A DNA stretch of 64,000 nucleotides from a virus. The notes beneath the pieces are model-generated. The model saw only the letters and a list, made by a program, of their open reading frames with translations. It had not been told where the DNA came from and searched no databases. How positions within the stretch are numbered: position 1 is the first letter of the stretch; each line of letters opens with the position of its first letter. This document shows, piece by piece, positions 1 through 9,458 of this stretch. The translations under genes were made by a program, and so were the position numbers. The stretch is taken from positions 12,919 through 76,918 of IMG/VR virus record IMGVR_UViG_3300037237_000386; one strand, 5' to 3'.

Positions 1-16
1 ACGCCGGGCTGGTGGC

Positions 17-259
17 GTGATGAACAACGAGTCCGGCGCGGACGAGCTCCGCAAGATCGTGAACGTCCTGAACAACACGCGGGAGAGCGCCCTCGACGGG
101 CACACCGCGGAGCGACTCATCCAGCTGGTGCGGGCGTGCCGGGCGAGCCCCTGGGACCTGACGCCCGACATGCTGACGCTGAACGAGGCGACCTACGCGA
201 GCAGGACGGGGAAGCTGTCGGCCGCGTGCGTAGCGCGGCTGACGAAGGAGTTGGGGTGA
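17..259 (+). CDS. hypothetical protein
   Basis: ORF with typical phage codon usage; its stop overlaps the next start (GTGATG). Confidence 0.6.
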   Translation: MMNNESGADELRKIVNVLNNTRESALDGHTAERLIQLVRACRASPWDLTPDMLTLNEATYASRTGKLSAACVARLTKELG

Positions 260-660
260 TGGTGAAGCCCAGGCGCGCGGAGAACCTGCAGGAATCGACC
301 GAGCGGCTCAACCGGCTGCTCGCGAAGGCGGAGGAGATATTCAGCGCCGCGAACGCAGAGGACGGGGCGACGGCGCAGGTGGAGCTCGCCCCTTTCCTCA
401 GCTCGGGCAAGGGCGGGGCGCGGCTCCACTGGAAGCGACACGACAGCACGTGGGGCTTGTGGGTGGAACGACAGGGGACCGATGTGCTGGTGCGCCTCGC
501 CAAGGTAGCGCGCCACGTGCGCGTCCTCGCGGCGAGCAAGCTGGAGGCCCTCTTCGACGCGCTCGCGGACGAGCAGCTCGCCCAGGGCGATGACGTCGCC
601 AGGGCGGTGCAGGACGCGGAGGCGTTCGTCGAGGAACACGAGGGACCCACGAGCGCCTGA
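259..660 (+). CDS. hypothetical protein
   Basis: 3' part of ORF 136..660; ATG at 259 is coupled to the upstream stop. Confidence 0.6.
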   Translation: MVKPRRAENLQESTERLNRLLAKAEEIFSAANAEDGATAQVELAPFLSSGKGGARLHWKRHDSTWGLWVERQGTDVLVRLAKVARHVRVLAASKLEALFDALADEQLAQGDDVARAVQDAEAFVEEHEGPTSA

Positions 661-661
661 G

Positions 662-677
662 GGAAACCCGGGTTTCC
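662..677. repeat. 16-bp palindrome GGAAACCCGGGTTTCC, copy 1
   Basis: Read directly; 1 nt after the TGA at 658-660. Confidence 0.97.
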
Positions 678-698
678 CCCGGGGCGAGTAGAAAGCGG

Positions 699-727
699 TT
701 TACAAGTATCGCGGTAGGGAGCAGATT
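699..727 (+). promoter_or_regulatory. sigma70-like promoter TTTACA-N17-CAGATT
   Basis: Shares ACAAGTATCGCGGT with the promoter at 23040; lies upstream of the sigma factor gene. Confidence 0.55.
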
Positions 728-768
728 GCAGGACCCGGGCGCAACCGGGATCACGGAGGCCGAAGGCC

Positions 769-1425
769 ATGGGACACCCGGTGTTGGAGCGTGGATTGTT
801 GGCGGTGCGTGACGGACGCGAGACGTTCGACAGCTTCGCGAGAAGGACGATGCCGCATTGGGAGCGGCTGGCGCAGTACATCCTCCGGCGCTGGAGGCAG
901 CCGGCTTGGGTGAGCGACGCGGACGTGGTGCAGGACCTGCTCGTGGCCGCCTACGACGCCGTCTGGACGTACGATCCGAGCAAGGGTCCGACCATCGAGG
1001 GGTACGCCGTGTACTCGGCCGTCGATCACGCGAAGAAGCGGGCGCACAAGGCGCGCGGTGCCAAGCTCCACCGGACCGCGGACCGGAACCCGAGCCGGAT
1101 GGAGCTGGGGACGGTCACTCTTTGGGGCGAGGACGCTCCCAGGCGCGTCGAGGAGGCGCTGCAGCAGGAACCCACGCAGGAGGACGCCCTGACGCAGCGG
1201 GAGGCCCTCCAGAGGGCGCTGGCGGTGTGCAGGAGCGAGGGGGAGCGGTGCGTCATCCGGACGCTCGCCCAGGCGGCGGACCTCGTCGAGGGAGCCATGA
1301 TGCTGTACGCGGACCCGGAGGCGAGGCTAGCGTGCCGGCTGCTCAACGAGACGCACGCGGCACGCGTGACGACGGAGGTTGTGCTGGAGGTGGCTGAGCG
1401 GCTGCAAGATGGGGCCGCGGCTTGA
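769..1425 (+). CDS. phage RNA polymerase sigma factor (sigma70 region 2-like)
   Basis: DADVVQDLLVAAYDAVWTYDPSKGPTIEGYA resembles the region 2 pattern D(L)xQ...A...(F/Y)DP.(K/R)G..F..YA. Confidence 0.75.
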   Translation: MGHPVLERGLLAVRDGRETFDSFARRTMPHWERLAQYILRRWRQPAWVSDADVVQDLLVAAYDAVWTYDPSKGPTIEGYAVYSAVDHAKKRAHKARGAKLHRTADRNPSRMELGTVTLWGEDAPRRVEEALQQEPTQEDALTQREALQRALAVCRSEGERCVIRTLAQAADLVEGAMMLYADPEARLACRLLNETHAARVTTEVVLEVAERLQDGAAA

Positions 1426-1495
1426 GGGCAGGACGCCCGGGAGCCGAGGTGGCGACCGGGTGAGGACGAGGACGAAAGACGGAGGCGCGAATCAC

Positions 1496-2665
1496 ATGGG
1501 AACAGCGGCGGCGAAGAAGCAGGAAAAGGGAACGGTCATCAACGGGGTGCTCCTCGACAAGGCGAAGGAGGCCATCATCCTCAAGTCGCTGAAGGCGCAG
1601 AAGCTGGAGGGCAAGAAGGGCGAGCCGCTGGATACGCTCGTCATGCGCCTGGCGATGCACTTCAAGGAGAAGGGCAATGGCACGGACGACGATCCGAAGG
1701 AGCTGATGGAGTGCGATGCGGAGGCGGGTGGTTGTGGAGGCGGGAGCTTCCGCGAGCTGGCGGCGTGCCCCTTCTGCGGGATGGTGAACGACGACGCGGG
1801 TAGCGGCAGCGGCAGCGACAGCAAGGACGACCGTCCGAGCACGCCCAGCGCGCTCGCGGGCACGAACCCGAAGGCGCAGGAGCCCGAGGCGGCGCGGAAG
1901 ACGAGCGCCATCGCGAGTGCGAAGAAGCTCGACGAGGCGGTGGCCGAGGTGCAGCGCCTGAAGGGCGCGTACGCCGGGAGCAATTGGGACCTCGGCAAGA
2001 AGGTGCTCGAGATTTTCACGGAGGGCACGTGGAAGCTGCGCCTCGACGACAACGGCAAGGCGCGGTGGAAGGGGTTCGACAGCTTCTGCCACGCGGAGCT
2101 CGGTCTCTTGCCGAATCAGGCGTTCGACGTGATGGACCTCGCCAAGAACTTCACGCGTGAGCAGATGCTGACGCTCGGCAAGGCGAAGCTGAAGCTCATC
2201 GCGCAGGCGCCCGAGGAGGACAAGCAGAAGCTCCTGGAGCAGGCAGCCAAGGGCGGCAAGGACGGCAAGGGCGCTACGAAGCGCGAGATCGAAGCCGAGG
2301 TGCGGCGCATCAAGAAGGAGAAGGGACACCGTCGCGCGAGCCGCGGCGGCCAGGCGAAGGGCAGCACTACGGCGGGCGCGGGTGGTGGCAGGAAGCCCAA
2401 GCCGGCGGAGGACAAGGTCACGGTCAGCCAGATGGTGGGCAAGGTCACCGTCAAGCTGTTCCAGAAGCCGGCGAACGTGAAGAAGTTCGACCCGAAGGAG
2501 CTGAAGCGGGCCAAGACGGTCGGCAAGGTGCCGTGGGGTCGGAACGTGCTGCTGAACGGCGTCGTGCAGTCGTTCACGGTGCGGGAGAACGGGGCCGGGG
2601 AGCTGGAGCTCGTCGTCGAGACGGCGCGCGAGGAGGCACCCGAGCCGACGAAGGCGGCGAAGTAG
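1496..2665 (+). CDS. Lys-rich putative DNA-binding protein (Zn ribbon plus DUF3102-like helical domain)
   Basis: Cys pairs CDAEAGGC...CPFC; segment WDLGKKVLEI...WKGFDSFCHAELGL..NQAFDVMDLA; GGAGG RBS before ATG 1496. Confidence 0.5.
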   Translation: MGTAAAKKQEKGTVINGVLLDKAKEAIILKSLKAQKLEGKKGEPLDTLVMRLAMHFKEKGNGTDDDPKELMECDAEAGGCGGGSFRELAACPFCGMVNDDAGSGSGSDSKDDRPSTPSALAGTNPKAQEPEAARKTSAIASAKKLDEAVAEVQRLKGAYAGSNWDLGKKVLEIFTEGTWKLRLDDNGKARWKGFDSFCHAELGLLPNQAFDVMDLAKNFTREQMLTLGKAKLKLIAQAPEEDKQKLLEQAAKGGKDGKGATKREIEAEVRRIKKEKGHRRASRGGQAKGSTTAGAGGGRKPKPAEDKVTVSQMVGKVTVKLFQKPANVKKFDPKELKRAKTVGKVPWGRNVLLNGVVQSFTVRENGAGELELVVETAREEAPEPTKAAK

Positions 2666-2837
2666 TCGTGGGAGCGAGGCTCAAGGTCGTCAAGGGGAGG
2701 GAGACGAAGCAAGAGCGCGAGGACAGGGAGGCAGACGAAGCGGTGGAGGAGGTTGTTCGCGTCTGCCTCCGGATGAGTGGGCGAGGACGGCTGGAGTACC
2801 TCGCGTCGCTCATTGATTCCGTCGCAAGGCGGGCGCG

Positions 2838-3122
2838 ATGAGCGACGACATGCCGTGCACGGCGTGCGACGGACACGGGCGCGTGCCCCTGAGCCAGGAG
2901 TTGCAGGACAGCCTCGACAAGGTGCGCGAGGGCGGTGTGGAGACGGCGGAGGACCTCTGGAAGACGATGGCGAAGGGGTTGTGGAAGACGGCGGCCGTCA
3001 ATCGTCTGGAGAGGCTCCGCACGCTCGGGTACTTGGAGCGGACGAAGCGAGGCCGCACGTGGCATTACTCCGCGAGGACCGCGGCGCAGGTGGTCGAGGT
3101 GAAGAAGCGACAGCGGCGCTGA
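2838..3122 (+). CDS. Zn-finger/winged-helix protein
   Basis: CTACDGHG motif plus NRLERLRTLGYLERTKRGRTWHY, a wHTH recognition helix and wing. Confidence 0.55.
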   Translation: MSDDMPCTACDGHGRVPLSQELQDSLDKVREGGVETAEDLWKTMAKGLWKTAAVNRLERLRTLGYLERTKRGRTWHYSARTAAQVVEVKKRQRR

Positions 3123-3145
3123 CGCGCGCCAAGACGGGCGTCATC

Positions 3146-6100
3146 ATGGGAGACGTGTACGGCGCCGGGTACGTGAACGGGTACGTGGATGGGAGCAGGG
3201 TGACCCTGCTCTCGCGCGGGGCAGGCGGCAGGCTGCAGCGCAGCCAGGTGCCCGCGGAGCACGTCGCCTACTTCCGCAAGGACGAGCTGCCGCCGGAGCT
3301 GGAGAAGCTCCTCCTGCGGAACTGCGCCGGCGCGAAGCTCGAGGACGGCGGGTGGATGCGGTTCGCGCTGCCCGAGCACGTGCGCCGCAACGTGTGCATC
3401 GAGGACGTGTGGAAGAACGCCAGCGGCGAGAAGCGGGACAACCCGTTCGCGGCGGTGCCTAGCTACGAGGGAGACGTCGACCCGGTGCGGCGGTTCCTGA
3501 CGGACAGCAAGGCGACCGTCGCTCGGCCGAGGCGCGCGTACACGGACATCGAGACCGACTCCAGGGTCCCCTTCAACCGGAAGCACGAGATGCGCGTGCT
3601 CAGTTGGGGGCTGCAGGCGCACGACACGGGCGAGATGCGCGTGGGCGTCCTCCAAGCCGACACGGACGGTGCGGAGGCGGAGCTGCTCGGGCAGTGGTGG
3701 GAGGCGATGGAGGAGTTCGACCAGGTGGCCGCCTGGAACGGGGGCGAGGCGGACCCCGACGGCGACGGGTTCGACTTCCCGGTCATCATGGCCCGCTCGG
3801 AGCACGTGAAGCTCCGTGGCGTGGACCCGAGGAGGTTCCTCTACGTCGACCAGCTGGAGGCGTTCCGGCGGATGAATCAGCACGCGTCGGAGAGCGGCGA
3901 GGAGAAGCAGAGCATGAAGCTCGACTCCATCGCGCACATCCTCCTCGGCGCGGGCAAGGACGACTTCGACGCGAGCCACACGTGGGAGGCTTGGGCGGCG
4001 GGAGGACCCGAGCGCAGGCGCCTCGTGAAGTACATGATGCGGGACGTCGACTTGCTGCGGCAGATCGAGCTGAAGACGCAGTTCCTCGATCTCTTCTCGA
4101 CGCTCTGCGGCGTCTTCCACATGTTCGCGGACACGCGAGGGCTGAACCCGACGCAGCAGGTGGACGCGTACATGCTCGGGTTCCTCCGCGAGCGCGGACT
4201 GCACCGCCCGACGAAGAAGCGCATCGAGAAGGGCGAGAAGTTCAAGGGCGGGTACGTGATGAACCCGCCGCGCTTCGTCGGCGTGGAGAAGGACATTCAC
4301 GTGGCGGACTTCGCGGGGATGTACCCGAGCATCATCCGCTCGTGGAACATGAGCCACGAGACGAAGGCGGCGAACGCACCGGTGAACGGGCCCGTGCCTG
4401 AGGGGTTCTGCCGGTGCCCCAAGACGGGCACGAGCTTCACGACGGCGGAGGAGGGGCTGCTCAGCATCGCGGTCGGCAACCTCATCGAGAACCGGAAGAA
4501 GTACCGGAAGCTGAAGGCGAGCCTGGCGCCGGGGTCGCCGGAGTTCGCGGACGCGGACCGCCTGAGCGACTCGTACAAGGTGGCCACGAACATCTTCTTC
4601 GGGGTCGTGGGCAGCCCGTTCAGTCCCTACTTCGACAAGCAGATTGCGGAAGGCATCACGCAGAACGGCGTGTGGCTCATCGAGCACACCATCGCCGCGG
4701 CGGAGAAGCGCGGGTGGTTCGTCGGCTACGGCGACAGCGTCACGGGGGATCGAACTGTCGTCTTACGCTCGCCTGCAGGAAGGACCGTCATCAAGCCGGT
4801 GGAGGAGGTGTTCGAGGACGGGTGTGACGTGGTGCGCGCACGCGACAAGGAGTTCGTCTTCATGCAGGGGTGGGAGGCACTCGCCCGAGACGCGAAGGGT
4901 CGCGAGGGCTGGTATCCGCTGACGCAGGTTGTCCGTCATCGCACGTGCAAGGAGCTCGTGCGCATCTCGACGAAGCGCGGCGAAACGGAGGTGACGAGTG
5001 ACCATTCGATCATGTCCGGCGGACGCGAGGTGAAGCCCGACGAGTTCCTGGCGGCAGGAGCGCGGTTCGAGAAGGTCGACGCCCAGGAAGGCAGGAAGCT
5101 AGAGCGTGTTGACCTGTTCGAGTACCTGACTGACTTCAAGGTTTCGTACGCGTCCCGAGGACGTGTGAGGGTGAAGGAGTTCTTCGTTACGGCGGACGGC
5201 GAGTGGGTCGGGTTGAGAATGCGAGGTTCGACGAAGCAGTACATCCGGCGGTTTTATGACGCGGGATCGGAGCGGTTCAGGGCGCTGCTGCGCGTGATGG
5301 GGGCGTATCTGGCCGAGGGGAGCGCGAGTATCCGCAAGCTGACGGCGACTCGTGACATGTTCTCTATCGGGCAGTCCGACCCGGACTGGCTCGCCCCGTT
5401 GCAGAAGGACTTGGCTTCGTTCACGCAGGGGGTTGAGACGGACCTGATGCCGACTGGGGGAGGGATGTGGGCAATTCGTTCGGGAGCCGCGCTGCTGCCG
5501 TACGCGTTCGCTGCACTCTGCGGATTCAGGTCGAGTGGCAAGCGGTTTCCGGACTTCGTGTACGACCTGGCGGATGACGACTTTGCGGAGATGAAACGTC
5601 CCATGGTGGAGGGGGATGGACACGTCGTGGAGCCGGACGTGTGGAGGAGCAGGGCGCTGCGGCGAAGCCCCGGGCACGAGTTCTCGTACACAACGAAGTC
5701 GCAGGTGCTGATGGCGGGGTTCTCGTATGCGCTGGACCAGCGTGGGTTCGAGCACGCGATCCACTACAGACCGGAGAAGCGGTGTTGGACGTTGAGGACA
5801 AGGCCGACGGGGACAGAGCGACCGAACAGGCAGCGGGTGCTCGTCTCGCGGCGGAAGGCTGAGGACGAGTGGGTGTACGACTTGACGGTGGAGGGGGCAC
5901 ACACGTTTGTCGATGGCATCGGTAGGGTGCTTCTGCACAACACCGACAGCATCTACGTGAAGGGACCGACGAAGGCGGAGTTCGAGGCGTTCACGAAGTG
6001 GTGCAACGAGGAGCTCTACCCGCCGCTGATGAAGCAGGTGGGGTGTCCGCGCAACGTCGTGAACTTGGAGTACGAGAAGGAGTTCGAGCGCATCGTCTTC

Positions 6101-7027
6101 GTCACGGCGAAGCGCTATGCCGGCTGGTACAAGCACTTCAAGGGCAACGCGCCGAAGGCGGACGCGAAGCCCGAGGTGAAGGGCCTGGAGTACAAGCGGG
6201 GCGACAGCACGAAGCTCGCGCGCGACCTGCAGGTGCGCGTCGTGGAGATGCTGATGAAGGGCGAGGAGGGGATGGAGGCGTTCCATGAGCTGCTCTCGCA
6301 CGCGCGACAGCACGTGCTCGAGGACGCGCTGCCCCTGGCCGAGGTGGTGATGCGCAAGGAGCTCAGCAAGGCGCTGCGCGAGTACGCGGTGAAGAAGAAG
6401 AAGGACGGCGAGGACGCGGCGCAGTCGCCGCACGTGGTCGTGGCCAAGATGCTGAAGGCCCGCGGCCAGGACGTCAGTGCCGGCACACGCGTCGGCTACG
6501 TGGTGCTCGACGACGAGGCGGAGGACCCGGCGAAGCGGTTCATGCCGGAGGAGGACTACAAGGGCGAGTGCGACCGGCACTACGTGTGGCAGTCGCTCGT
6601 CTACCCGCCGACGATGCGCCTCCTCGAAGCAGCGTTCCCCGATGCGGACGCGGTGAAGCATTGGGAGGCTTGGGCCAAGAGCCGCCCGAGCAAGAAGGCC
6701 CTGAAGGCGCTGGAGCAGGGGCAGGGAGCTCTCTTCAAGTCGGAGGAAACCCGGGTTTCCCCCACGGGTCTGCGGACGACAGCGCCTCCCACGCTGGCGA
6801 GCACTCAGCCTTACGAGGCGGTCGTCGACCAGGACAAGTTGGAGGCGGCCGGGGGCCTGGAGGTGCTGCTCGCGGTCGCGCAGCGGCATCCGGGCAAGCG
6901 GATGCTCAAGCTGCGGCTGCGTCTCGACACGGGGGCGGAGGCGGCGATGGACACGGCGGTGCGCGTGGATGGTGGCGGGGCGCTGGCGCGGAAGCTCGCC
7001 CTCTTCCGGCACGTTGCTGCGTCGTGA
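3146..7027 (+). CDS. family B DNA polymerase containing an intein
   Basis: Exonuclease motifs DIETD, WNG...FDFP, YMMRDV; polymerase motifs DFAGMYPSII, KVATNIFFG, YGD/TDS, KRYAG, VKGLE. Start placed at ATG 3146 because the upstream in-frame region overlaps other genes. Confidence 0.95.
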   Translation: MGDVYGAGYVNGYVDGSRVTLLSRGAGGRLQRSQVPAEHVAYFRKDELPPELEKLLLRNCAGAKLEDGGWMRFALPEHVRRNVCIEDVWKNASGEKRDNPFAAVPSYEGDVDPVRRFLTDSKATVARPRRAYTDIETDSRVPFNRKHEMRVLSWGLQAHDTGEMRVGVLQADTDGAEAELLGQWWEAMEEFDQVAAWNGGEADPDGDGFDFPVIMARSEHVKLRGVDPRRFLYVDQLEAFRRMNQHASESGEEKQSMKLDSIAHILLGAGKDDFDASHTWEAWAAGGPERRRLVKYMMRDVDLLRQIELKTQFLDLFSTLCGVFHMFADTRGLNPTQQVDAYMLGFLRERGLHRPTKKRIEKGEKFKGGYVMNPPRFVGVEKDIHVADFAGMYPSIIRSWNMSHETKAANAPVNGPVPEGFCRCPKTGTSFTTAEEGLLSIAVGNLIENRKKYRKLKASLAPGSPEFADADRLSDSYKVATNIFFGVVGSPFSPYFDKQIAEGITQNGVWLIEHTIAAAEKRGWFVGYGDSVTGDRTVVLRSPAGRTVIKPVEEVFEDGCDVVRARDKEFVFMQGWEALARDAKGREGWYPLTQVVRHRTCKELVRISTKRGETEVTSDHSIMSGGREVKPDEFLAAGARFEKVDAQEGRKLERVDLFEYLTDFKVSYASRGRVRVKEFFVTADGEWVGLRMRGSTKQYIRRFYDAGSERFRALLRVMGAYLAEGSASIRKLTATRDMFSIGQSDPDWLAPLQKDLASFTQGVETDLMPTGGGMWAIRSGAALLPYAFAALCGFRSSGKRFPDFVYDLADDDFAEMKRPMVEGDGHVVEPDVWRSRALRRSPGHEFSYTTKSQVLMAGFSYALDQRGFEHAIHYRPEKRCWTLRTRPTGTERPNRQRVLVSRRKAEDEWVYDLTVEGAHTFVDGIGRVLLHNTDSIYVKGPTKAEFEAFTKWCNEELYPPLMKQVGCPRNVVNLEYEKEFERIVFVTAKRYAGWYKHFKGNAPKADAKPEVKGLEYKRGDSTKLARDLQVRVVEMLMKGEEGMEAFHELLSHARQHVLEDALPLAEVVMRKELSKALREYAVKKKKDGEDAAQSPHVVVAKMLKARGQDVSAGTRVGYVVLDDEAEDPAKRFMPEEDYKGECDRHYVWQSLVYPPTMRLLEAAFPDADAVKHWEAWAKSRPSKKALKALEQGQGALFKSEETRVSPTGLRTTAPPTLASTQPYEAVVDQDKLEAAGGLEVLLAVAQRHPGKRMLKLRLRLDTGAEAAMDTAVRVDGGGALARKLALFRHVAAS
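4736..5941 (+). mobile_element. intein with LAGLIDADG homing endonuclease, inserted in the YGD|TDS motif (402 aa)
   Basis: Starts SVTGD after YGD and ends VYDLTVEGAHTF...LLHN before TDS; block B TSDHS; LAGLIDADG-like GAYLAEGS and MVEGDG; codon usage differs from the extein. Confidence 0.93.
6745..6760. repeat. 16-bp palindrome copy 2 (in the polymerase C-terminal linker, ETRVS)
   Basis: Read directly. Confidence 0.97.
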
Positions 7028-7998
7028 AGGGACCGGCGTGCCTGCGGTGTGGCAGGGGCCTCGACAAGGGCTACTGCTACCCGAGCGCCGCGTGGCTCGC
7101 GCGGAACCCGGCGGATCTCGGGGTGGGAGGGCACACGACGGACCCGGAGCTCACGAGCCACACGGCGCGGCATGACGCTTCGACGATGAAGAAGCGAAGC
7201 GAAGTGAAGAAGCCGAAGATGGTCCTGCACTGCGCCGACTGCGGAGCCGAGCAGTTCGACACCCCCTCGGGGATGGTGTGCAAGAACGAACACGGGGGAG
7301 CCGCGAGCATCAGCGCGGCGGAGGCGTTCGCCATCTTCCCGTCGAGGGAGACGGTCGTACCGGAGAACGCGCAGCCCCCGGCGAAGAAGCGCAGGACGGC
7401 GCGCGACGTCGTCGACAACGCGACGCGCGAGCTCGCCCAGGCCATCGACGAGGAGGGCGCGAAGGCGGCGGGCACCGTCCCCGATCCGCTGAAGTGGAGC
7501 AGCGCGAACGAAGCCAAGGAGGCGAACCTCGATCCGGCGTTCGTGAAGATCATGGAGACGCTGGTCGTGGACGATCCCGCGGGCTGCTACGAGCAGCTGG
7601 AGCGCATCCTCGTCATCGGCGACAAGCGGACCGACTACGGGACGGTGACCAAGCACCTCGACGAGGCGGAGCACAACGCGCGCCTGGCGCACCGGCTCTG
7701 GCAGGCGGCCATCATCGAGCGGAAGCGCTGGGAGCTGGAGAACGAGGTGGTGTTCGGCGCGATGCGGCGCGAGGCGACGCGCTCCTTGCAGCACGAGAAG
7801 GACAGCGGCAGCCGGAGCAAGCAGATCACGGACGCGGACGTGGAGAGCCGAGTCTCGACGATGTACCCGGACGAGTACTCCGCCCAGGAGCGCAAGCGGG
7901 TGCGGGTGAAGTCGATGGTCGACTCGATGCAGAACCTCTCGGATATGTGGGCGAGCCGGTGCAAGAGTCTGCAGACGATCCTGAGCAAGCAGCGGTAG
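7024..7998 (+). CDS. putative recombination mediator (UvsY-like C-terminal helical domain) with N-terminal Cys motifs
   Basis: KQITDADVESRV...DEY and a helical C-terminus; sits before SSB and RecA; GTG start overlaps the polymerase stop. Confidence 0.5.
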   Translation: MKGPACLRCGRGLDKGYCYPSAAWLARNPADLGVGGHTTDPELTSHTARHDASTMKKRSEVKKPKMVLHCADCGAEQFDTPSGMVCKNEHGGAASISAAEAFAIFPSRETVVPENAQPPAKKRRTARDVVDNATRELAQAIDEEGAKAAGTVPDPLKWSSANEAKEANLDPAFVKIMETLVVDDPAGCYEQLERILVIGDKRTDYGTVTKHLDEAEHNARLAHRLWQAAIIERKRWELENEVVFGAMRREATRSLQHEKDSGSRSKQITDADVESRVSTMYPDEYSAQERKRVRVKSMVDSMQNLSDMWASRCKSLQTILSKQR

Positions 7999-8065
7999 GG
8001 ACGCGGCATCACCAAGGGAACCCACAACCCATCCGGGTAAAGGCCCGGACCCACGGAGAAGACAC

Positions 8066-9307
8066 ATGGCAGGCGCGCACGAGATGGACTCGATGGACGA
8101 GTTCCTGAATCACAAGAGCACGGACCGGGGCGGGAGCTTCCTCGGCAACTGGAAGAAGGACGGCAAGATCGTCGTCTGGATGCACCGCAAGCAGATGCCC
8201 GTGGCGGTGTGGCAGCACAAGCTGCCGAAGATCGTCGTGCGCGAAGAGGGCGACGACGACGAGAGCGTGACGCACGTGTGGACGGGCGAGTACGTCTGCC
8301 ACGAGGACGAGGCTGTCCTGAAGAAGCAGTACAAGCGCGACCGGGAGAGCGGCGAGCGCGAGGTGCCCCCGCGGCGGTGCCCGGTGTGCAAGCTCGTCGA
8401 GCACGTGCGCGCGCTGGTCGACGAGGGGAAGATCGACGAGACGGCGGAGTTGTTCCGGTTCGAGGCGGACGACGACGACGAGACGCGGGTCGTCCACGCG
8501 GCCGGCATGTACGGCGGGTTCCCCAAGAACCTGAAGGAGGCGACCGACGAGCAGAAGGAAGCGTTCAAGAAGGCGCACATTCGGCTCAGCGACGTGTGGG
8601 CGGAGAACGGGATGGCGAAGCTCTCCTACGTGTTCGCGGTCGTCAGCGACGAGGACGTGGGTGAGGGAGTGCAGATCGCCAAGGAGACGGGCCTGCTGGG
8701 CGACAAGGTCAAGGACGTCATCGCGGACGCGATGGAGAGCCTCGGGCGCGAGGCGGGCAACCCGCAGCTCAACCCCTTCGCCATCCAGTGGGTGTACCTG
8801 GAGAACGAGAAGGAGTTCGGCAAGAAGTACAAGGCGCGGCGCATGGAGAACATCAAGCTGACGCCCGAGATCGACAAGGCCATCAGCGGGCCGAAGCCGG
8901 ACCTCTCCGGGGTCACGGCAGCGTTCGAGATCGACACGCTGAAGGCGCTGCTGCAGCGGGCGTACGTCGGACCGAAGCAGGCCATCCCCTGGGACGAGCT
9001 GTTCGTGAAGCCGGTGAAGGGTGCGGCGGACGAGGAGCCCGACGAGGACGAGGTGAGCGACAAGGACGCGACGCCCGACGACGACGAGGACGACGGGATG
9101 GTGAAGTGCGACGTCTGCGAGAAGCCGATGCCGGACGACGTCGAGGAGTGCCCGACGTGCCATTCGAGGTACGACCTCGACACGGGCGCGCTCGTGAAGA
9201 AGGGTGCGGTGCCCCCGCCGGCACCGGCGCAGCAGCCGAAGAAGCGGGGAGCGCGGAAGAAGGCGAAGGACGGCGGCGGCGAAGGGGCGGACGAAGGACC
9301 CTTCTGA
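8066..9307 (+). CDS. putative single-stranded DNA-binding protein (gp32-like) with Zn ribbons and acidic tail
   Basis: CPVC, CDVC and CPTC motifs, acidic linker, C-terminal ADEGPF resembling the SSB DDDIPF tail; replication context. Confidence 0.6.
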   Translation: MAGAHEMDSMDEFLNHKSTDRGGSFLGNWKKDGKIVVWMHRKQMPVAVWQHKLPKIVVREEGDDDESVTHVWTGEYVCHEDEAVLKKQYKRDRESGEREVPPRRCPVCKLVEHVRALVDEGKIDETAELFRFEADDDDETRVVHAAGMYGGFPKNLKEATDEQKEAFKKAHIRLSDVWAENGMAKLSYVFAVVSDEDVGEGVQIAKETGLLGDKVKDVIADAMESLGREAGNPQLNPFAIQWVYLENEKEFGKKYKARRMENIKLTPEIDKAISGPKPDLSGVTAAFEIDTLKALLQRAYVGPKQAIPWDELFVKPVKGAADEEPDEDEVSDKDATPDDDEDDGMVKCDVCEKPMPDDVEECPTCHSRYDLDTGALVKKGAVPPPAPAQQPKKRGARKKAKDGGGEGADEGPF

Positions 9308-9458
9308 GGACCACGCTCGCGTTCCCTTTGGACCGCGCGAGCAGGCGGCGGTGCCGGTCACGCCTGGCTTCACCTGAGTAGGGCAGGTTGAGGCGAAGGG
9401 GCATCCCCCAAAGGGGTCCCGACCGGCTGCATCTTCCACGACACGAGCAGAGGCGCGC

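Noticed and set aside
2777-3145. N-terminal extension of the DNA polymerase in the ORF track
   Set aside because: It overlaps the better-supported 2838..3122 gene and has off-frame composition; ATG 3146 is preferred.
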